Below, in pieces: positions 1 through 8,411 of a DNA stretch of 25,732 nucleotides; position 1 is the stretch's first letter; each line of letters opens with the position of its first letter. The notes beneath the pieces are model-generated. The model made no database searches. It was not told the origin of the DNA and saw only the letters and a list, made by a program, of their open reading frames with translations. A program made the translations under genes and the position numbers. Source of the DNA: Candidatus Omnitrophota bacterium (GTDB lineage: Bacteria > Omnitrophota > Gorgyraeia > Zapsychrales > Aceulaceae); contig JBAYLJ010000001.1 in NCBI GenBank assembly GCA_041664145.1, forward strand, positions 1-25,732. The letters are read 5' to 3'.

Positions 1-630
1 AGCTCTCAGAAAACCCCTTTTGTCATTACCAAGAAATCTACCCTAAGAAAATCCAACGGCCAAAGACGTCACTATCTCACCGAAGACGATATTCGTGCCT
101 ATTATGCAAAATTATTCCCGCTTTTAAGAAGAATTGTTGGAAAACGTTTGACGCTTCGCAGCGCAAAATTGCACATTGGTGATGATGATTTTTATGATGA
201 TGAAGAACTAGAGGATGATTTTTTCATGACTCTTCATAAGAATAAATGGTTTAGAAAAACTCTTCTTGGGGCCTCTGAAGAAATAATCGAATCCGGTGAA
301 GAGGTAGGGGCAGGGGGAGTTGGCGCAAGCGAATCCTTAACGTCGATGGGTGGATCGAGCGAACAAACTTTTAGGCAGCGCAAGTTCTTTTTTGAGCTTG
401 GCACGGAATTGATCGTTTACGGCCGCACAGAACCTGATGCTCAAGTTTGGCATGGAAATAAACAGATTCCTCTTCGTCCTGATGGGACATTTTCACTACG
501 CTTTGCCTTGTCGGACAACGGATCGATCCCTCTTGATTTTAAGGCCATCTCGCATGATCAGCTTGAAGTGCGAAAGATATTAACCTCCGGCCAACGTTCA
601 AAAACAAAATACGAAACCAAACTTATCTAA
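1..630 (+). CDS. DUF4912-like protein, C-terminal part (5'-truncated by the window edge)
   Basis: Frame 1 has no stop from base 1 to the TAA at 628-630, so the TTG start at 148 in the ORF track is probably not the real start. The C-terminal ELIVYGRTEPDAQV...IPLRPDGTFSLRFAL segment resembles DUF4912 proteins, which commonly precede GH57/DUF1957 genes. Confidence 0.7.
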   Translation, partial: SSQKTPFVITKKSTLRKSNGQRRHYLTEDDIRAYYAKLFPLLRRIVGKRLTLRSAKLHIGDDDFYDDEELEDDFFMTLHKNKWFRKTLLGASEEIIESGEEVGAGGVGASESLTSMGGSSEQTFRQRKFFFELGTELIVYGRTEPDAQVWHGNKQIPLRPDGTFSLRFALSDNGSIPLDFKAISHDQLEVRKILTSGQRSKTKYETKLI

Positions 631-640
631 GAGGTTTAAC

Positions 641-2299
641 ATGCTTAAGGGCTATGTTTGTTTACTTCTTCACGCACATTTGCCTTTTGTTCGCCATCCC
701 GAAGAAGAAAATTTCCTTGAAGAAAACTGGCTTTATGAAGCTATCACAGAAACGTATATTCCTCTGATTGAAATTTTTGATGATCTTGTGGATGATGGCG
801 TTGATTTTCGCATCACCATGTCGCTTACTCCGCCTCTAGTTTCCATGCTCCAAGACCCCTTGCTTCAAAATCGTTATGTTCGGCATTTAAACAAATTGAT
901 CGAACTTTCAGAAAAAGAAATTGAACGCACAGGCTATGATAAAATTTATCATGGGCTTGCGCTAACGTATCATCGCAAATTTCTTGAAGCTAAGGATATT
1001 TTCTTAAATCGCTATAAAAGAGACTTGGTCTCAGCTTTTAAAAAATTTCAAGACCTAGGGTTTCTTGAGATTATAGGATCTGCGGCAACACACGGGTTTT
1101 TACCTAATTTACAAGTTAATCCATCAAGCGTAAATGCTCAAATTAAAATCGGTGTTGAGCATTATATTAAAACATTTGGTTGTCAACCCAAGGGATTTTG
1201 GCTTCCGGAATGCGCTTATTATCCGGGTGTTGATCAGTTTTTAAAAGAAGCTGGCGTTCAGTATTTTATTTTGGATTCACACGGCATCTTGCATGCGGAT
1301 CCGCGTCCGCGCTATAGTGTCTATGCGCCTATTTTCTGTCCGACGGGTGTCGCCGCTTTTGCGCGTGATTGGGAATCTTCAAAGCAGGTGTGGAGTGCCA
1401 AGGAAGGCTATCCAGGGGACCCGGATTATCGAGAATATTATCGAGATATTGGCTTTGAGCTCGAATATGATTATATTAAACCGTATATTCATCCAGATGG
1501 TTTTCGCGTTAACACAGGCATCAAGTATTGGCGCATTACAGGGAATACTGAATACAAAGAATACTATCGTCCAGATGCGGCTAAGGAAAAAGCTGCGAGC
1601 CATGCAGGAAATTTTATGTTTAATCGTGAAAAACAAGTTGAACATCTTTGTGCCCATATGGATCGAAAGCCCATCATTTTAGCCCCTTATGATGCTGAAC
1701 TTTTTGGACATTGGTGGTACGAAGGTCCTATGTGGATCGATTTTCTGATGCGTAAAACAGCCTTTGATCAAAAAACGATTAAATTTATCACTCCATCGGA
1801 GTATTTATTTGAATATCCTACGAATCAAGTCGCCATGCCTTCGGCCTCAACCTGGGGATGGAAAGGGCATAATGAATTCTGGCTTGAAGGTTCTAACGCC
1901 TGGATTTATCCGCACCTTCATCAAGCGGGTGAGCAGATGGTGGAATTAGTAGAAAAATACACTTCTTATCTTTTAGAACGCTCTAAAAAAGGCCTTATTC
2001 GCCGAGCACTTAATCAAGCAGCGCGAGAGCTTGTGTTGGCGGAGTCAAGTGATTGGCCTTTTATCATGAAAACAAATACGATGGTTCCTTATGCCAACAA
2101 ACGCGTGAGACAACATTTAAATCGTTTTGCAAAATTGTATAAGGACATTTTAAATAATTCAATCGATGAAGATTGGCTTGCAGAAGTTGAATGGCGGGAT
2201 AATATTTTTGCCGACATGGATTGTGCGATCCACTATCACAAGGATAAAATATTTCCTAAACGACAAAAAATAGAACGAAAGGCCAAAATCTATGCATAA
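641..2299 (+). CDS. GH57 1,4-alpha-glucan branching enzyme (DUF1957 C-terminal domain)
   Basis: All five GH57 conserved regions have the branching-enzyme fingerprint: HAHLP, ATHGFLP, GFWLPECAY (nucleophile Glu followed by Cys), YDAELFGHWW (acid/base Asp) and AESSDWPF. RBS-like AGAGG lies upstream. Confidence 0.9.
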   Translation: MLKGYVCLLLHAHLPFVRHPEEENFLEENWLYEAITETYIPLIEIFDDLVDDGVDFRITMSLTPPLVSMLQDPLLQNRYVRHLNKLIELSEKEIERTGYDKIYHGLALTYHRKFLEAKDIFLNRYKRDLVSAFKKFQDLGFLEIIGSAATHGFLPNLQVNPSSVNAQIKIGVEHYIKTFGCQPKGFWLPECAYYPGVDQFLKEAGVQYFILDSHGILHADPRPRYSVYAPIFCPTGVAAFARDWESSKQVWSAKEGYPGDPDYREYYRDIGFELEYDYIKPYIHPDGFRVNTGIKYWRITGNTEYKEYYRPDAAKEKAASHAGNFMFNREKQVEHLCAHMDRKPIILAPYDAELFGHWWYEGPMWIDFLMRKTAFDQKTIKFITPSEYLFEYPTNQVAMPSASTWGWKGHNEFWLEGSNAWIYPHLHQAGEQMVELVEKYTSYLLERSKKGLIRRALNQAARELVLAESSDWPFIMKTNTMVPYANKRVRQHLNRFAKLYKDILNNSIDEDWLAEVEWRDNIFADMDCAIHYHKDKIFPKRQKIERKAKIYA

Positions 2300-3746
2300 T
2301 ATCCCAGAAATCAAAGGTGAATTTCCTGATATTTTTGTTATCCCTTCGGATGATAAAAGCTTGCGTCCTTCCTCAACACCGTCTTATGCCCCTTGTTCAA
2401 ATATTAATTGGCCAGCCGTTCAATCTGCGTTTGGCATTGCTCTTCATATGCATCAGCCAACCATTCCCGCGGAAACGTATAATGTTAGAGAGGCACGCTT
2501 GATATCTAATTTACAAAACATGATGGAACATCAAGACACCGGCGATAATCACAATGCGCCAGTCTTTCTCCATTGTTACTCACGTATTTCGGATATCATT
2601 CGTGATTTAGTTAATCAAGGACAAAATCCGCGCGTCATGCTCGATTATTCGGGAAATCTTCTCTGGGGAATAGGTCAAATGGGGCAAGGAGGCGTTCTTG
2701 AAAATCTCGCGCTTGTTACAACGGATAAAAAATATTATCGTTATGTTGAATGGCTTGGAACAACATGGTCGCATGCCGTTGCCACCTCAACACCTGTTCC
2801 TGATCTTAAGCTCCATATTCTTGCATGGCGAAAACATTTTGCTTCCATTTTTGGACAAGAAGCACTGTCCCGTGTTAAAGGCTTTTCTCCGCCGGAAATG
2901 CACCTTCCCATCCATCCGGATGTTTGCTATGAATATATTAAATCCTTAAAAGATTGCGGCTATCAGTGGCTCATGGTTCAAGAGCATACCATTGAAAATT
3001 TAGATGGAAGCGGAATCCGTCAGCCTCATTTTCCTCACCGCTTGGTTGCTCGCAATTCAAAAGGGGAAACACAAGAGATCACCGTTCTTGTAAAGACACA
3101 AGGCTCTGACACAAAGCTTGTAGCCCAGATGCAACCATTTTATGAAGCAAAAACAATTGGGCCTCAAAATTATAATGGACGCACGATCCCACCCTTTGTT
3201 CTTCAGATCGGAGATGGAGAAAATGGGGGCGTCATGATGAATGAATTTCCTCCCGGATATCGTCAGGCTGTTGCCCAGCTGGGCAACGAAGGAACCGTGG
3301 CCATGAATGGTTCGGAATACCTTGAATTTCTTGAGCAAAAAGGTGTCAATGAAGCTCATTTCATAGCGGTTCAGCCGATATCTCAACATCGCATTTGGCA
3401 GGTGGTTAATGATCAATTCGGCGAAGGCGCTTGCGACCGCGCTATCGAAGAATTGAAAAAGAAAGATTCACGGTTTAATCTTGATAAGGGTTCATGGACA
3501 AGTGATCGCAATTGGGTTCATGGGTATGAAAGTGTTTTAGACCCTATCAATCAGCTAAGCGTAGCCTTTCATAAAGTCTATGATGGAAAGAAAATAAAAC
3601 CTGACAATACGACTTACCGAGAAGCCCTTTTGTATGTATTGCTTTCCCAAACAAGTTGTTTTCGCTATTGGGGTGAAGGCCTTTGGACCGACTATGCAAA
3701 AGAAATCTGTCGTCGAGGTATTGATCTATTAAAATCTTCTTCGTAA
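2292..3746 (+). CDS. GH57 family glycoside hydrolase, specificity unknown
   Basis: Motifs HMHQP, GFSPPEMH (Glu), IGDGENGG (Asp) and SQTSCFRYW. Overlaps the upstream CDS by 8 nt. Confidence 0.85.
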   Translation: MHNIPEIKGEFPDIFVIPSDDKSLRPSSTPSYAPCSNINWPAVQSAFGIALHMHQPTIPAETYNVREARLISNLQNMMEHQDTGDNHNAPVFLHCYSRISDIIRDLVNQGQNPRVMLDYSGNLLWGIGQMGQGGVLENLALVTTDKKYYRYVEWLGTTWSHAVATSTPVPDLKLHILAWRKHFASIFGQEALSRVKGFSPPEMHLPIHPDVCYEYIKSLKDCGYQWLMVQEHTIENLDGSGIRQPHFPHRLVARNSKGETQEITVLVKTQGSDTKLVAQMQPFYEAKTIGPQNYNGRTIPPFVLQIGDGENGGVMMNEFPPGYRQAVAQLGNEGTVAMNGSEYLEFLEQKGVNEAHFIAVQPISQHRIWQVVNDQFGEGACDRAIEELKKKDSRFNLDKGSWTSDRNWVHGYESVLDPINQLSVAFHKVYDGKKIKPDNTTYREALLYVLLSQTSCFRYWGEGLWTDYAKEICRRGIDLLKSSS

Positions 3747-3771
3747 AAATTCTTATCATTAAAGGATGGTC

Positions 3772-4929
3772 ATGGAACATATTTTTTATGCCTTAGGCCT
3801 TCATATGCACCAGCCACCAGACAATCTCGCTCTTTTGATCGAGACAAACGACTGGGAAGCTCAGCAGATCATTAAATGTTATGAGCGCGCGGCGCGCTAT
3901 GCGCATCAATACAAAGATGTTGCTTGTTTTCATATTGGATTTTCCGGTGTATTGCTTGCGCAATTTCTTGATCCAAAAATTGTTGATCGCTATCGCAAAT
4001 ATGTCGATATTCCTCAAATGTTAGAGATGTATCGTAGCGCTAAAAATATTGAAATTATTGGCATGGGATTTTATCATCCGCTTTTTCCTGTCATCCCCAA
4101 AGAAGATTGGGATGAGCAGCTCAAGCAAGGAAAAGAAATTGTTGAAAAGATCTTTCATCAAAGTCCAAAGGGCTTCTGGCCTTCGGAAATGGCGTTTTCA
4201 ATGGAAATGATTCCATCGCTGCAAAAGGCAGGGTATACCTATGCGGTCATTGACCATGTTCATGTAAAACCAAAAGATCCGAATCAAAAGATGGATTGCT
4301 TTGCTCCCTATAAAGCCCGCTTTGAAAATGCACAAATAACGATCATTCCTCGCAATCGTGATTTATCAAATGCGCAGGAGAGCGGATTAAGCGAAAAATG
4401 GTTTTTAACCGAATCAGCAAAGAAAATACAAGAATGTCCCTCAACACAAACACGACGCCTCATTACAACATGGTCTGACGGCGAAAATGGGGGATGGTTT
4501 AGGCAAATTGATGAAGCGGCAGGATTTTTTGGCTACTTCTTTGCACCGCTTGCACAGGCGATCAGGGAAAAAAGAACCAATCTGCAATTTATTAAGATCT
4601 CAGATTTTATTAAAAATACGCCCAAAATGGATGAAGCTATTGTCCGCACAGGGGCTTGGAATGTTGCGTCGACAAGCGGTTTTGATTTTTCCCAATGGAA
4701 TGGTTCGGAATCTCAAAAAAAAGCAATCAACGCGCTTTTTGAAACAAGTAAAAAATATTGGAATACGGTCAATCAAAAAGGGAGCTTGAGAATTGATCAG
4801 CGCGCACGATTAAGGAAGGCGCATCAAATTATCTTAGATGCCGAAACGAGTTGCTATCTTTTTTGGGGTGATGCCTGGATTCCCAAAATTTATGAAAAAC
4901 TTAATCACGCCAATCAGCTTCTCAGCTAA
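3772..4929 (+). CDS. GH57 family glycoside hydrolase, short form, specificity unknown
   Basis: Motifs HMHQP, FYHPLF, GFWPSEMAF (Glu), WSDGENGGWF (Asp) and AETSCYLFW. The ATG at 3772 is better spaced from AAGGA (3762-3766) than the ATG at 3766. Confidence 0.85.
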   Translation: MEHIFYALGLHMHQPPDNLALLIETNDWEAQQIIKCYERAARYAHQYKDVACFHIGFSGVLLAQFLDPKIVDRYRKYVDIPQMLEMYRSAKNIEIIGMGFYHPLFPVIPKEDWDEQLKQGKEIVEKIFHQSPKGFWPSEMAFSMEMIPSLQKAGYTYAVIDHVHVKPKDPNQKMDCFAPYKARFENAQITIIPRNRDLSNAQESGLSEKWFLTESAKKIQECPSTQTRRLITTWSDGENGGWFRQIDEAAGFFGYFFAPLAQAIREKRTNLQFIKISDFIKNTPKMDEAIVRTGAWNVASTSGFDFSQWNGSESQKKAINALFETSKKYWNTVNQKGSLRIDQRARLRKAHQIILDAETSCYLFWGDAWIPKIYEKLNHANQLLS

Positions 4930-4938
4930 AGATTGATC

Positions 4939-5562
4939 ATGCCCAGCGTCCTACCTAAGCTTAACTCAAGCGATCGATCCGCGATTCGGACGTTAGTGCA
5001 TCTTTATCGTCAAGTTGATAAAGAAACAGTGCACTTTAAAAAGCTTTCTAAAATTCACTGCCCACCTTTATGCGGTTATTGTTGCGCCACTGCAGATGTT
5101 GAAACAACATCTCTTGAGATGCTTCCTTTAGCTGCGCAATTGTGGTCAGAAGGAAAAGGTGATTATTGGCTTAAAAAGCTTGGAGCAGCAGGCTCAAAGA
5201 AAAGATGTGTATTCTTTAAGCCCTACCAAAGAAATTCTAAGCAAGGTCGCTGTATGGTTTATGCGTTGCGCCCGCTTATTTGTCGATTATTTGGATTTTC
5301 TTTTAATAAAAATAAAACAGGAGGATACGCTTACGGGGGCTGTAAGATTATTAAAAAAGAGTATCCAAAAACAATAGAGAAAATGAAAAAAATGCTTGGG
5401 CAAAAACCCCAACTGCTGAAAATGACCGATTTCTCCATGCGCCTTTTTGGATTAGGATCAACGATGGATCAAAAATTAATTCCTATCAACCAAGCGACAA
5501 AGATTACCCTTGAAAAAGTTGGTTTTATCCTAGAAAAACAGAAATCACAATGTAAAATGTAA
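4939..5562 (+). CDS. YkgJ/UPF0153 family cysteine-cluster (Zn/Fe-chelating) protein
   Basis: CPPLCGYCC at the N-terminus and RCVFF...GRCMVYALRPLICRLFGF. ATG at 4939 preferred over TTG at 4933. Confidence 0.85.
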   Translation: MPSVLPKLNSSDRSAIRTLVHLYRQVDKETVHFKKLSKIHCPPLCGYCCATADVETTSLEMLPLAAQLWSEGKGDYWLKKLGAAGSKKRCVFFKPYQRNSKQGRCMVYALRPLICRLFGFSFNKNKTGGYAYGGCKIIKKEYPKTIEKMKKMLGQKPQLLKMTDFSMRLFGLGSTMDQKLIPINQATKITLEKVGFILEKQKSQCKM

Positions 5563-5575
5563 CTGGAGAATACTG

Positions 5576-6193
5576 ATGAAGAAATTTATTAAGCACATAA
5601 AAATGTATATGTTCCGTGGAGTTCTGGCGGCGATTCCTTTAGCGCTGTCTTTTTTTGTCTTACGTTTTTTCTATATTTTTATCGATAAAAGAATTGTTGA
5701 TTTTTTTGACAGGACTTTTGGTTACCGCATTCCTGGCATCGGCATCCTCCTTTTTTTGTTAATCCTTTACTTCTTAGGTGTCCTGACAAGCAATGTTCTT
5801 GGGCGACAACTTTTGAATTTCTTCGAGAAAATTTCTAATCGGATTCCTATCATCAAGACAACATATCAAGTTGGAAAACAAATTTCCGCAACCTTGTCGT
5901 TGCCCGAGGGAGAGGTTTTCAAACGTGTTGTCCTCCTTGATTATTTCAGGCCAGGCGTGTGGACCATTGGTTTTGTCACGGGAACAGTGGTCGATAAAAT
6001 AAGCAATGAAAAGTTACTTAAGGTTTTTGTTCCAACAGTGCCAAATCCAACTTCTGGTATTTTAATTATTTTAAAAGAAACGCAAGTCATTGATCCTTGC
6101 TGGACGATCGATCAAGGAATGAAAGTAGTTATTTCCGGAGGGATCATCGGACCTGAAGAAATAAGAAGCTCCCGATTAAATACTTATGAATAA
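5576..6193 (+). CDS. DUF502 family membrane protein
   Basis: Two N-terminal hydrophobic helices, then RIPIIKTTY and IGFVTG...VFVPTVPNPTSG...GMKVVISGG. GGAG RBS upstream. Confidence 0.9.
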   Translation: MKKFIKHIKMYMFRGVLAAIPLALSFFVLRFFYIFIDKRIVDFFDRTFGYRIPGIGILLFLLILYFLGVLTSNVLGRQLLNFFEKISNRIPIIKTTYQVGKQISATLSLPEGEVFKRVVLLDYFRPGVWTIGFVTGTVVDKISNEKLLKVFVPTVPNPTSGILIILKETQVIDPCWTIDQGMKVVISGGIIGPEEIRSSRLNTYE

Positions 6194-6548
6194 AATGATC
6201 ATCACAACCCTTTTACTCATTACCAGCAATGTCTTTATGACATTTGCCTGGTATGCCCACTTAAAGAATTTAAGTGGAAAGCCATGGATGATTGCAGCGC
6301 TTATTAGCTGGGGTATTGCATTTTTTGAATATATGATTCAAGTTCCTGCCAATCGTATTGGCCACCAAGTGATGAATTTAGGCCAGCTTAAAATTTTGCA
6401 AGAGGTGATCACGTTGTCAGTTTTTGTACCATTTTCTTTTTTTTATATGAAGGAAAATCTGAAACTTGATTATCTTTGGGCGTCGCTATGTATTCTTGCG
6501 GCAGCTTTTTTTATTTTTCGATCACGTTTTTTAGGATCAATCCAGTAG
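6186..6548 (+). CDS. DMT superfamily small membrane protein (DUF486)
   Basis: SNVFMTFAWYAHLK, SWGIAFFEYMIQVPANRIG and QLKILQEVITL. Four TM helices. Overlaps the DUF502 gene by 8 nt. Confidence 0.9.
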   Translation: MNKMIITTLLLITSNVFMTFAWYAHLKNLSGKPWMIAALISWGIAFFEYMIQVPANRIGHQVMNLGQLKILQEVITLSVFVPFSFFYMKENLKLDYLWASLCILAAAFFIFRSRFLGSIQ

Positions 6549-6567
6549 GAAGGAGCGCAAAAGACAT

Positions 6568-8322
6568 ATGCAACCATTTCGTATCTCTGGCAATAAAATT
6601 ATTTTAAGAATAAAAAATCATCTCTGCGACACCTCGGAAGAGCTTTTAGCAAGCAAACTTTTAAAATGGGTGATGACCCAGTACGTTGATGAATTATCGC
6701 ATCGCAATTCAATGCTCATTGGTATTTTTGGAAAGAAAAAAATAGCTGAAAGCGACATTAATTGCCTGATTCAATCACTTCAGTTTCTAACAAAAATGCC
6801 TGCCAAGCTTGTTCCGAGCGTTGTTCCTGGTTCAAAAGTTTTTTTCCAAGATATTTCTCTCTTAGGTGATTTTGTTGAAAGCCTTTACAACTATTGGCGC
6901 GGATTTGAGCGTTTTATTATCTGCGAGTCTCACGAGGATACTATTGACCAGCGTCCTTATCGGACATTCAACGAAACCGTTGAAAAGCTCATGCACTTGG
7001 TACGCTGGACATATCGTATTGTTCAAGAAAATATCAGCGGCGATCATCCGCGCATATACCGTCAGGTGCGTGCCGGTGCCGGAGTGGCAGCCATTGCTGT
7101 ACCAAAAAAACTTCGATACCCTAAAGAAATCGCTAAAAAATTAAATGCTATTTCTGTGATCCGTCAGGTTTTGCTTTATCCGCCGTTGGTTATTAATGCC
7201 CCCATGAACAAAAGGACAGGTGAGTTCGAACGCATAGACGAAAATCCCTTAGATACTATATCGCTCAACAAGAATGAATGGCTCTGCTATCCGGCGATGA
7301 TTGGATCATTGCTTGTGTGTATTTATTTTCATGAAAAATTTTATGAATTAGGTTTTTCATTATGTAATTTATTTGAGCTTGCGGATGATGAAGAGCTCAA
7401 GAGTGTTCCTGACGCTGTGTATTTTTTTGGCGTTAACAAGAGCGCCATCAAAGGATTTCAGAAATATCTTACGGTTTTTTATGATCATAAAAAAACAAAT
7501 ATGTTGATTGCCGCAGTTCCTAATGAAAATGAGTTTGGTTATTTTGGGTATCTTAAGAAAATGGCGCTCACACTGCATAATATTAAGATCATGAAACTTG
7601 GAAAAATGCCGTTTCACGGCGCCTTGATTCGTATTGTGCTCAAAGGGGATAAAGAGGCAACCATTCTGATCGTTGGTGATACCGGTGCAGGGAAATCAGA
7701 AACCCTGGAAGCCTTTCGTCAAATGGGAAAAGATTACATTCAAGACCTTATCGTGATTGCCGATGATATGGGATCTCTTGAGATTAACAGCAAGGGAGAG
7801 ATTATCGGCTATGGGACAGAAATAGGTGCTTTTTTACGGCTTGATGATTTACAGCCTGGTTTTGCCTTTGGACAAATGGACCGCTCTATTATCATGAATC
7901 CAAACATGGTCAACGCGCGCATAGTTTTACCTATTACGACTTATTACAATGTCATCAAAGGGTATCCTATCAACTTTGTGCTTTATGCCAATAACTACGA
8001 TATCGTTGATAAAGATTATCCTGTCATTGAACAATTTGAGACCCCTGAACAAGCTTTGCGTGTTTTCCGTGAGGGAGTGGTAATGAGCAAGGGGACAACA
8101 ACGACAACGGGACTTGTGCATTCCTATTTTGCGAATGTCTTTGGTCCGCCGCAATACAAAGATATTCATGAAAAAATTGCCGAAAAATATTTTAAAGCTT
8201 TTTTTAAGAAAAATCTTTTTGTTGGACAAATCAGAACGCAGCTGGGGATTGCAGGATCGGAAAGTCTTGGACCAAAAGAGGCAGCTGAAAGCTTGCTCAA
8301 GACAATACTTGATCGATCTTAA
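6568..8322 (+). CDS. Divergent PEP carboxykinase-superfamily (PEPCK/HprK P-loop) protein
   Basis: YFGYLKK (K330/K331), FHG (H350), P-loop GDTGAGKSET, IADDMG and NARIVLPI parallel the PEPCK catalytic motifs. RBS AGGAAGGAG upstream. Confidence 0.7.
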   Translation: MQPFRISGNKIILRIKNHLCDTSEELLASKLLKWVMTQYVDELSHRNSMLIGIFGKKKIAESDINCLIQSLQFLTKMPAKLVPSVVPGSKVFFQDISLLGDFVESLYNYWRGFERFIICESHEDTIDQRPYRTFNETVEKLMHLVRWTYRIVQENISGDHPRIYRQVRAGAGVAAIAVPKKLRYPKEIAKKLNAISVIRQVLLYPPLVINAPMNKRTGEFERIDENPLDTISLNKNEWLCYPAMIGSLLVCIYFHEKFYELGFSLCNLFELADDEELKSVPDAVYFFGVNKSAIKGFQKYLTVFYDHKKTNMLIAAVPNENEFGYFGYLKKMALTLHNIKIMKLGKMPFHGALIRIVLKGDKEATILIVGDTGAGKSETLEAFRQMGKDYIQDLIVIADDMGSLEINSKGEIIGYGTEIGAFLRLDDLQPGFAFGQMDRSIIMNPNMVNARIVLPITTYYNVIKGYPINFVLYANNYDIVDKDYPVIEQFETPEQALRVFREGVVMSKGTTTTTGLVHSYFANVFGPPQYKDIHEKIAEKYFKAFFKKNLFVGQIRTQLGIAGSESLGPKEAAESLLKTILDRS

Positions 8323-8411
8323 TTGCCAGAAAATAAGCCTGGCATATTACAGAGGAGAAATTTTCAATACTAGTTGCGAAAATATGAGGATAGTAGATAA
8401 GAAAGATTAAT

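Noticed and set aside
148-630. TTG start at 148 proposed by the ORF track
   Set aside because: The frame is open back to base 1 and there is no RBS before 148, so the gene most likely starts upstream of the window.
1293-1682. 129-aa alternative-frame ORF inside the branching enzyme gene
   Set aside because: No recognisable motifs or RBS, and fully nested in a well-supported CDS.
8326-8346. TGCCAG-9 nt-CTGGCA hairpin after the PEPCK-like gene as a terminator or c-di-AMP riboswitch for ktrB
   Set aside because: Only 6 bp with no U-tract. The 89-nt gap is too short for the ydaO riboswitch and lacks its motifs.
8384-8410. 8-codon ORF MRIVDKKD ending 1 nt before the ktrB start, as a leader peptide
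   Set aside because: Too short to distinguish from chance, with no attenuator structure.
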